Shown: positions 8,586 to 15,377 of the stretch, one piece after another
How the letters are laid out: each line of letters begins with the position of its first letter
How positions within the stretch are numbered: position 1 is the stretch's first letter
Origin: Ferroglobus placidus DSM 10642
Lineage (GTDB): Archaea > Halobacteriota > Archaeoglobi > Archaeoglobales > Archaeoglobaceae
Direction: 5' to 3'
Length of the DNA: 32,000 nucleotides
Assembly (NCBI RefSeq): GCF_000025505.1
Contig: NC_013849.1
Span: 1,890,001-1,922,000 of the forward strand
Notes under the pieces: model-generated
Told to the model about the DNA's origin: nothing
Databases searched by the model: none
What the model saw: the letters and a program-made list of their open reading frames with translations, nothing else
Translations under genes and position numbers: made by a program

Positions 8586-8973
8586 GAAATACCTCGAAAG
8601 GGCTTACGAAGCCCTCGAATCCGCTAAGATTTTGTTTGAGAACGAGAAGTACAACGCTTCGATAAGTCAAGCTTATTACGCAATGTTTTACGCATCGAAA
8701 GCCCTTCTGAGCCTTAAGAGAATATATCCAAGAACTCACAGGGGAGTAGTTTCCGAATTGGGTTTGAGATTTGTGAATGAGGGCTATATCGAAGAGCTTT
8801 ACGGCAAAATCTTGGCTAAGGGCTTGCAGTTGAGGGAGAGGGTGGATTACGACGTTTATTACAGAGCATCAAAGGAGGAGGCTGAGGAGATGATAAACGA
8901 GGCTGAGATGTTCGTAGAGAGGATAAGGAGGGCGATAGAGGAGATTTTGAAGAGAGGTGAGGGGAATGATTGA
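8572..8973 (+). CDS. HEPN domain protein (PF05168-type), toxin-type partner of MNT
   Basis: 133 aa. Helix pair AYEALESAKILFENEKYNASISQAYYAMFYASKALL, then RIYPRTHRGV and LRERVDYDVYY. Classic MNT-then-HEPN gene order with overlapping reading frames. Confidence 0.85.
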   Translation: MAEYEKYLERAYEALESAKILFENEKYNASISQAYYAMFYASKALLSLKRIYPRTHRGVVSELGLRFVNEGYIEELYGKILAKGLQLRERVDYDVYYRASKEEAEEMINEAEMFVERIRRAIEEILKRGEGND

Positions 8974-9298
8974 CGTGATGTTTGTTCCGATCTTTCTTTT
9001 TCAGTTCGTCTTTTGGTTGTTTCTGAACCTAACGAGAATCGGACAAGCAATCTTAGCAATTTGGGGTAGTTTGACTTTGATGGGGTTCATTGTAAACGTA
9101 TTTTATCCCGCATATCTTCAAACGATTCATCTTGGAACGTCTGGGAATTTCTTGATGGCGACCGATTTAATTGTTGAATTCGTGAAAGATTCGGTTTTGT
9201 TTTTGGTTAATTTAGTCATTCCACCTTGGTTGGGGTTGCTCGTTGGATTATTTTCGACTCATGCACAGAGAGGTGAGAAATATGATCTCGTCTGCTAA
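8966..9298 (+). CDS. small integral membrane protein (about 3 TM segments), unknown function
   Basis: It fills the otherwise 300-nt gap between HEPN and hsdS. The ATG at 8966 overlaps the HEPN stop (ATGATTGA) and is preceded by GAGGTGAGGGG. Hydrophobic stretches: VMFVPIFLFQFVFWLFLNL, GQAILAIWGSLTLMGFIVNVF and VLFLVNLVIPPWLGLLVGLF. The 3' end overlaps the hsdS start by 17 nt. Confidence 0.55.
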   Translation: MIDVMFVPIFLFQFVFWLFLNLTRIGQAILAIWGSLTLMGFIVNVFYPAYLQTIHLGTSGNFLMATDLIVEFVKDSVLFLVNLVIPPWLGLLVGLFSTHAQRGEKYDLVC

Positions 9299-10547
9299 GC
9301 TTCAATTCTACAAGGAGGAGAGGCTTGTATTTAACAAAGAACTCGGTTGCGAGATTCCTGAGGATTGGGGAGTTGTTAAGCTTGGAAAGGTTGTTGAAGT
9401 CTGGGATAAGTATAGAATTCCAGTTAAAGAGCAAGATAGAAAGCCAGGACCATATCCTTACTGCGGAGCTAATGGTATAATTGATTACGTTGATGGTTAT
9501 ACACATGACGGAGAATTTGTTCTCCTTGCCGAGGATGGAGGTTATTTTGGACCTTTTGAAAAGAGTGCATACATAATGCGAGGAAAATTCTGGGCAAATA
9601 ACCACGTGCACATTTTGAAAGCTATAGCAAATAAAATGACGAGCGAATTCTTGATGTTTTACTTAAACTTCATGGATTTAAGGCCTTTCTTGACTGGCTC
9701 CACTCGACCCAAATTGACACAAACTGATATGTTGAGAATTCCTTTACCAAAACCTTCACTTCCAGAACAAAAAGCAATCGCAGAAATCCTCTCAACAGTC
9801 GATAGAGCCATCGAAAAAACCGATGAAATCATCGCCAAAGTTGAACGCTTAAAGAAGGGCTTGATGCAGGAGCTTCTCGCTGGCAGGGTTAGAGTTAAAG
9901 TTGAGAACGGGAAGATCAGATTTTACAGAGAGACGAGATTTAAGGATAGCGAGATCGGGAAAGTGCCAGAGGATTGGGAGGTTGTTAAGCTTGGGAAAGT
10001 TGCCGAGCAAAGGAAAGAAATTGTTGACCCTACCGAAGTTGATCCCGTAACCCCATATGTTGGCCTAGAACACGTAAACTCGGGAGAAACGAAATTAAGT
10101 AACTTCGGAAAAGCAGAGGAAGTCGTTAGTTCAAAATATAGGTTTTACATTAGAGATATCCTTTACGGAAAATTAAGACCATATCTCGACAAAGCTGTAA
10201 TTTCTAATATTAACGGAGTCTGTTCTACTGATTTTATCGTCATGAGAACTAAAAGAGACTACACAATACCTGATTTCTTGATTTATGTGCTACATACAAA
10301 GAGATTCATCGATTATTCTACTGCTGGTATGACTGGAACAAATCATCCTCGAACATCTTGGAATTGGATAGCTAAGTTTGAATTTCCGCTCCCACCACTC
10401 CAAGAACAAAAAGCAATAGCAGAAATCCTTTCAACTCTCGACAAAAAACTCGAACTTGAAAAGAAAGAGAAGGAAAGACTTGAGAGAATAAAGAAGGGGC
10501 TAATGAATGTTTTGCTGACTGGAAGAGTGAGGGTGAAAGTTGGATGA
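9282..10547 (+). CDS. hsdS: type I restriction-modification system, specificity subunit S (two target-recognition domains)
   Basis: Duplicated architecture: IPEDWGVVKLGKVVEV / VPEDWEVVKLGKVAEQ at the start of each half. Duplicated conserved helices LPEQKAIAEILSTVDRAIEK...LKKGLMQELLAGRVRVKV / LQEQKAIAEILSTLDKKLEL...IKKGLMNVLLTGRVRVKV. The ATG at 9282 is preceded by GAGGTGA (the track ORF starts at a TTG at 9243). Confidence 0.9.
   Translation: MISSAKLQFYKEERLVFNKELGCEIPEDWGVVKLGKVVEVWDKYRIPVKEQDRKPGPYPYCGANGIIDYVDGYTHDGEFVLLAEDGGYFGPFEKSAYIMRGKFWANNHVHILKAIANKMTSEFLMFYLNFMDLRPFLTGSTRPKLTQTDMLRIPLPKPSLPEQKAIAEILSTVDRAIEKTDEIIAKVERLKKGLMQELLAGRVRVKVENGKIRFYRETRFKDSEIGKVPEDWEVVKLGKVAEQRKEIVDPTEVDPVTPYVGLEHVNSGETKLSNFGKAEEVVSSKYRFYIRDILYGKLRPYLDKAVISNINGVCSTDFIVMRTKRDYTIPDFLIYVLHTKRFIDYSTAGMTGTNHPRTSWNWIAKFEFPLPPLQEQKAIAEILSTLDKKLELEKKEKERLERIKKGLMNVLLTGRVRVKVG
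9762..9796 (+). repeat. hsdS internal direct repeat, copy 1 (central conserved region)
   Basis: ccagaacaaaaagcaatcgcagaaatcctctcaac matches 10401-10435 at 32 of 35 positions by hand alignment. Confidence 0.85.
10401..10435 (+). repeat. hsdS internal direct repeat, copy 2 (distal conserved region)
   Basis: caagaacaaaaagcaatagcagaaatcctttcaac; see copy 1. A second repeat pair lies at 9357-9393 and 9966-10002 (32 of 37 identical). Confidence 0.85.
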
Positions 10548-11467
10548 ATTTAGACAACATAGAACAAATTTTAGAATCTCCTGAAAAGTTAGACTCTTTA
10601 TTAAAATTACTTATGTCTTTGGAGCGAATTTTAGAATCTCAAGATGAACAGAGATATTTAGAAGCTAAAAGGTTTGTTGAGTCGGCAAATGAAGATTTAA
10701 AGGCTTCACAAATCCTTTACAATGCAGGTTTATACTCATCAGCGGTCTTTCACATGCAACAAGCTACTGAAAAATACTTTAAAGCAATAGCAATTTACTA
10801 TTTTGGACTTTCAAAGAAAAACATTAGGAAATACGTGAAACACGATACACCTAAGATTGCAATTTTATTTTTAAGAAAGTATCAAAATATAGTTAAAGAT
10901 TTAACTATGTTTTTCAAAGATATTGTCCCCGAGAAATACTTAGCAGATACTTCGAGAGAATACATCCTCAATCTTGAAAGATTGATAAATACAAATAAAC
11001 GAGACATTGCCCAATTGAATAAAGAAGAAATATATAAGCTAATTAAGTTAACTAGATCGCTTGTCGAAAGCTTAGAGAGTGATGACACTAAGAATAAAAT
11101 TCTTAATACTCTTCAGGATTTAAATAACAATAAAAGTAAGATAGTTAATAAAATTCTAGAGGTATTAAACCTCTCCCAAATTAGTGAATCTAAGCTTGAC
11201 CAAATTAAGAAACAAATCATAAAGGCACTCGATGTTTCCTTTACTGAAGCTCCTCACAATGTAGAAATTGCTCTAAAACTTGCATCTTCGATATGTATGT
11301 TATTCTTTCTGGGAATAATAACGTACCCGCATGCTACTTTTACGCGATACAGACAAAAATCAGCCCCTCAATATGATATAGGGCTTGGAATAGTGGATTC
11401 TTTCAGAGACTTACTTGAATTGCTACAGTTGGCATCTGATAATATAAATAACCTGTTTAATATATAA
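10544..11467 (+). CDS. HEPN-like domain protein with a large helical insertion, embedded between hsdS and hsdR
   Basis: 307 aa. ANEDLKASQILYNAGLYSSAVFHMQQATEKYFKAI is a textbook HEPN alpha1-alpha2 hairpin, followed by RKYVKHD (R95-x4-H100, nt 10826-10843). The C-terminal YPHATFTRYRQ...YD resembles the closing ..RY.. helix. About 140 K/N/L/I-rich residues lie in between. The ATG overlaps the hsdS TGA (ATGA). Confidence 0.6.
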   Translation: MNLDNIEQILESPEKLDSLLKLLMSLERILESQDEQRYLEAKRFVESANEDLKASQILYNAGLYSSAVFHMQQATEKYFKAIAIYYFGLSKKNIRKYVKHDTPKIAILFLRKYQNIVKDLTMFFKDIVPEKYLADTSREYILNLERLINTNKRDIAQLNKEEIYKLIKLTRSLVESLESDDTKNKILNTLQDLNNNKSKIVNKILEVLNLSQISESKLDQIKKQIIKALDVSFTEAPHNVEIALKLASSICMLFFLGIITYPHATFTRYRQKSAPQYDIGLGIVDSFRDLLELLQLASDNINNLFNI

Positions 11468-11487
11468 GATCGTAGAGGTGTAGCATT

Positions 11488-14400
11488 ATGCCCCTCCAAT
11501 CGGAGGATGTCGTTCACGAAGAAATCAAGAGAAATCTCATCGAAATCGGCTGGAAAGATGGAAATACCGAGCTGAAAATACCTGAACACGCGCTGATCGA
11601 AAGTTATTACCTGCCAGACGTTCTTGAAAAGAAAATCCTCGAAATTAACGAGGAGGAGTTTTCGAGGGTTGAAGAAGACGAGGAAAGAGAGGTGTTTGCA
11701 AAAATCTTTGAAGAGCTGAACGCGAGGGAAGAAAGAATTCTCGACTATCTTAAATACGGGGTCAAAGTTAAAGTTGGAAAAGAAATCAAAATTTTTCGCC
11801 TGATAGATCACGAGAAGCCTAAGAGGAATTACTTTTTCTTCCTTCACGAAGCCAAGTTTAAAGGCTCTCCAGACAACAGCAAGCCAGATTTCACGCTCTT
11901 CATAAACGGAATACCCGTGGTTATAATCGAGGCTAAGTCGGAGTCAATTCCTTACTCACACAAAACAGCTTTGGAAGACATAAGAAGCTACGAAATGCGA
12001 TCTCCCGATCTCTTCCGATTCGTTCAGTTTGCAATCGCTTACGGAGATGAGAAACGCTACACTCCAACGCTCCCAAACTGGGAGAGAAAACAAACTCAAA
12101 GCTTCTCGTTTAACTGGAAAGACGATATTTTCGATCTCCTGAATCCGGAAAGGCTCGTGGAATTCATTCGATACTTCGTTTTCTTCTGGAGTCCCGAAGA
12201 AGGTGTCAAAAAGAAGCTCGTTGCGAGATACAATCAGTACAGAGCGACGAAAAAAGCTATGAGAAGAATCGAAGAGCACATGAACGATGAAAAGAACCGC
12301 GGACTGATATGGCACTGGCAGGGGAGTGGCAAAACCTTCACGATGTTCTTCATAGCCAACTACTTTCTCGACAAATACTATTCGCAAAATCCCGTTGTGT
12401 TCTTTGTAGTTGACAGGCAAGACTTAGAGAGGCAGCACGACGAAGTTCTAAAGTCCGTTCACGAAGAAAAATTCAGGAGTCTTTACAAGAAAATTGAAAG
12501 CATCCCCGAGCTTTGCAAAATAATCGAAACTCTGAAGGAGAGCGAGTTCTCGAAAAACATAATTCCTCGCGGTGTATACTTAACCACGATTCAGAAATTC
12601 CAGAGAGGTCAAACGGACGTCGAAGGCTTGAGCGAGAAAGAAGATCGGGAAGCTTCGCAGAGAATATACTCGCTATTGCTCAAGCTCGCAGAAAGGTATC
12701 TGAAGCACCTTGAAAAAACTAATCCGGAGGAATACAGAAAAGTTATGAACAAACTCTCTTCTCTTAAAGGAAAGGATAGGGTGAAATACCTCCTCGAACT
12801 TGGTGGCGTAAAAAGTAAATCTGTGCTCTTCCTGATAGACGAAGCTCACAGAAGTCATTACAGCACTCTCGGAGCGATGAGGAAAGCAAGCTTTCCGAAC
12901 TGCGTGACTTTAGGCTTTACAGGAACGCCTATTTTCAAATACGAGAGAAACACCTTCGTCGAGTTTTCTTATCCAGACGAGAAGGAGTATTACCTTGACG
13001 TTTACTTCATCGAAGAGTCAATAAAGGACGGATTCACTCTTCCGCTCGCCTACGAGGTTGTTAAAGAAGGTGACGTGAAAGCTGAAGGAATTCAGATAAG
13101 GTTAACCGAGAAGGAGATAGCGGACTTCATAAAAGAATACATGAAAAAGCGCGGAAAGATAGAGGAGCTCCTTGAGGCGAAAATAACCAAGAAGGAAATT
13201 CGCGATAACATAACGAAGGCTAAGGTCATCTTGCTCAATCCTGAAAGGATAGACAAACTCGCCAAGTACATCGTTGATAGAATCGAAGAAGACACGGAGA
13301 ATTTCAAGTTCAAAGCGATGGTCGTAGCCGTTAACAGGCTCGGATGCGTGAGATACAAGAGAGCTCTGGACAAATATCTCGTGGAAAAATTTGGAGAGGA
13401 GGCAAGAAGCTGGAGCGAAATAGTGATGACCTACAACTACAAAGAGACTGAAAGGGAAATCCTCGAATACATGGAAGAGCTCAGAGAAAGAAGAGGAAAC
13501 AAGGACTACAACGAAATAAACAAAGAAATACAGGACGAGTTCAAAAACAAAGAAGATCCGAGAATTTTAATAGTTACGGACATGCTACTAACAGGTTTCG
13601 ATGCTCCCAGACTTAGAGTCATGTATCTGGACAAACCGCTTTACGAACACAGACTTCTACAGGCTATAGCCAGGGTTAACAGACCTTACGAGGACAAGGA
13701 ATACGGGTTGATCGTTGATTCTGTAGGACTCATGGAACACCTCACCAAAACCATGGCAATTTACAACCTCCTAGCTGATGAAAATAGCGAGATCAAGCGA
13801 GATCTTGAGCTTAATCTAATGAAGTCGATAGAGCAGAAGTTCTCCGAATTCGAATTGAAGTTTAACAGTTTGAAAGAAGAGCTGAAAACGCTTAAAGTGG
13901 CTGGCGAAGATGTCGGAATTGACATCGATGCCGTAAAGAAAGCTTTGAAAACCGGTGAAGGCAAGGAAGAAGTACTGAGCAAGATAAAAATGTTTGCGAT
14001 GCTTTATACGGAAAGCGAAGAGTTCTCAACCAAGCTCGTTAGGATTGTAAACGAAATGAGAGGAATTTTGAGGTTATACAAAGCTCTGGGAGCTTACACT
14101 CAAAAAATAGTTTACGTTGAAGATGTTCAAGCTCTTGCGTACATCTACTACAGACTCAGATCTATAATATCCCCGAAGACCGCAAGACTCGGAAAAGAAT
14201 TCTGGGATGAGCTGAGATCGTACATTTACGAAAGAACTGTGGTTGAGGAGTTTAGGGAAGTAGGAAGGACAAAACTCGAACCAGAAAAAATAGATAAACT
14301 GGTTTCGGAGTTTGCCGAAAAATTTGGTGAAGACGAGCTAAGGAGGAAAATCGTCAATCAGCTTGCCGATTATTTCTTCTACATCAGAAACTTTGTAAAA

Positions 14401-14526
14401 GACAAAGTTCACGATCCCGTCTACAGACAAATAGCTGAAAAAATCGAAAGGTTGAGGATAGAATGGATATTAAGAGCTGTTAATACAAAGACGTTTCTCG
14501 CTAAACTCAAGGCAATCGAAGACTAA
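11488..14526 (+). CDS. hsdR: type I restriction enzyme, R subunit (nuclease + SF2 helicase), ends at an in-frame TAA
   Basis: 1012 aa. PD-(D/E)xK-like KPDFTLFINGIPVVIIEAKSE. Helicase motif I WHWQGSGKTF, motif II FLIDEAHRSHY, motif III GFTGTPI and motif VI QAIARVNRPY. A GAGGTG SD lies in the 20-nt gap after the preceding gene. Confidence 0.9.
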   Translation: MPLQSEDVVHEEIKRNLIEIGWKDGNTELKIPEHALIESYYLPDVLEKKILEINEEEFSRVEEDEEREVFAKIFEELNAREERILDYLKYGVKVKVGKEIKIFRLIDHEKPKRNYFFFLHEAKFKGSPDNSKPDFTLFINGIPVVIIEAKSESIPYSHKTALEDIRSYEMRSPDLFRFVQFAIAYGDEKRYTPTLPNWERKQTQSFSFNWKDDIFDLLNPERLVEFIRYFVFFWSPEEGVKKKLVARYNQYRATKKAMRRIEEHMNDEKNRGLIWHWQGSGKTFTMFFIANYFLDKYYSQNPVVFFVVDRQDLERQHDEVLKSVHEEKFRSLYKKIESIPELCKIIETLKESEFSKNIIPRGVYLTTIQKFQRGQTDVEGLSEKEDREASQRIYSLLLKLAERYLKHLEKTNPEEYRKVMNKLSSLKGKDRVKYLLELGGVKSKSVLFLIDEAHRSHYSTLGAMRKASFPNCVTLGFTGTPIFKYERNTFVEFSYPDEKEYYLDVYFIEESIKDGFTLPLAYEVVKEGDVKAEGIQIRLTEKEIADFIKEYMKKRGKIEELLEAKITKKEIRDNITKAKVILLNPERIDKLAKYIVDRIEEDTENFKFKAMVVAVNRLGCVRYKRALDKYLVEKFGEEARSWSEIVMTYNYKETEREILEYMEELRERRGNKDYNEINKEIQDEFKNKEDPRILIVTDMLLTGFDAPRLRVMYLDKPLYEHRLLQAIARVNRPYEDKEYGLIVDSVGLMEHLTKTMAIYNLLADENSEIKRDLELNLMKSIEQKFSEFELKFNSLKEELKTLKVAGEDVGIDIDAVKKALKTGEGKEEVLSKIKMFAMLYTESEEFSTKLVRIVNEMRGILRLYKALGAYTQKIVYVEDVQALAYIYYRLRSIISPKTARLGKEFWDELRSYIYERTVVEEFREVGRTKLEPEKIDKLVSEFAEKFGEDELRRKIVNQLADYFFYIRNFVKDKVHDPVYRQIAEKIERLRIEWILRAVNTKTFLAKLKAIED

Positions 14527-14586
14527 ATAGAGGAGTATAAAAATAAGACCGAAGGAAAACCGCTCGAAGAAAGGCTAAAAGAGAGT

Positions 14587-14832
14587 ATGAGTTACTACGT
14601 GAAACAAAAAGCTGGTAAGGAAGCTGACTTTTCGAATACAAAGAAATATCTCAAAAACCTCGTTTCGAGGAAAACGAAAATACTTCCGAAACAGGAGAGC
14701 GAACTCAAAACCAGAATTCTGGAAGATTTGTTCCTGGCGGGGGTGGAGGAAAAGGAAGCTGTAAAGCTAACAGACGAACTCGCGGAGTACATCAAAGAGG
14801 AGATGGATAGATTATGGAGCGAAAGGAGGTAA
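14587..14832 (+). CDS. 81-aa ORF in the same frame as hsdR; probable detached C-terminal tail of HsdR
   Basis: Frame 1, the same as hsdR. Only the TAA at 14524-14526 separates them, and codons 14527-14586 contain no further stop. The string QESELKTRILEDLFLAGVEEKEAVKLTDELAEYI resembles the extreme C-terminus of full-length HsdR proteins as I recall it. Confidence 0.4.
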   Translation: MSYYVKQKAGKEADFSNTKKYLKNLVSRKTKILPKQESELKTRILEDLFLAGVEEKEAVKLTDELAEYIKEEMDRLWSERR

Positions 14833-15107
14833 TAAAGCTCTTCAAAGAGATAGTTAAAGAACTAGGCTTGGAAGGAATTAGAATCAGGATCGTTCCTATG
14901 AAAAGGAAGATCGCGTCTTTCTCTTTCAAAACAAAAACCCTTAGAGTGAACCGAAGAGTTACCGAGCTTTTAGATTATGAACTCGTAAGATATATAATTC
15001 TTCATGAGCTCGTACATTTTAAAATAAACGATGCGAATCACGGAAAAAGATTTTTGAAGAATTTGGGAAATATTACACCGAAAAAGATGCGAAAAAAATC
15101 GAAATAA
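14814..15107 (+). CDS. minimal HExxH metallopeptidase-like protein (DUF45/YgjP-like core)
   Basis: 97 aa. TLRVNRRVTELLDYELVRYIILHELVHFKINDANHGKRFLKNL matches the ..l.fn.rL......i.yVv.HEL.H....nHs..Fw core of DUF45 proteins. These proteins are recurrently encoded next to type I hsdR genes. Confidence 0.6.
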   Translation: MERKEVIKLFKEIVKELGLEGIRIRIVPMKRKIASFSFKTKTLRVNRRVTELLDYELVRYIILHELVHFKINDANHGKRFLKNLGNITPKKMRKKSK

Positions 15108-15327
15108 AACTAATTCAGAAATTGATTTCTGCCCAGATTCTTGAAATTATTTCGGTTCCTCAATCCCCTGACGAAGGTGATTGTAATACAACCTGAACAA
15201 CTTACAAAACAAATTCCAGTTTCTAACGGGATTTTTAGCTGTTATCGAACAGAAAAACAGTTTAATTCTCTGCCTGAAAGAAGAAAACACAGATTCAATT
15301 AATCGTCCTCGTTAACTAACCAAAAAG

Positions 15328-15337
15328 TTTTTATAAG
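15328..15337 (+). promoter_or_regulatory. TATA-box-like element upstream of the ylbF-like gene
   Basis: TTTTTATAAG preceded by AAAAAG, about 45 nt upstream of the ATG at 15378. An AAGGTGGGG SD lies at 15364-15372. Confidence 0.35.
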
Positions 15338-15377
15338 CTTGAAACGACGCTTTGGAATCTGCAAAGGTGGGGTGTAT

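Noticed and set aside
15116-15131. Inverted repeat CAGAAA-ttga-TTTCTG just after the last operon gene, a possible terminator.
   Set aside because: The stem is only 6 bp and A/T-rich, and no following oligo-T tract is present. It is too weak to call.
3814-15140. Short shared strings at the two island borders: gcccagaaattcag at 3814-3827, versus ttcagaaatt and gcccagatt at 15114-15138. They are possible flanking direct repeats.
   Set aside because: Only 7-8-nt matches in AT-rich DNA, not colinear, and easily due to chance. They are not convincing as att sites or a target-site duplication.
15154-15170. ggttcctcaatcccctg, superficially like a tRNA T-arm (GGTTC.A.TCC). It could have marked an integration att site at the right edge of the defence island.
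   Set aside because: The loop length and pairing do not fit a T-arm, and no acceptor-stem complement or matching copy is present at the left edge. No integrase gene is present.
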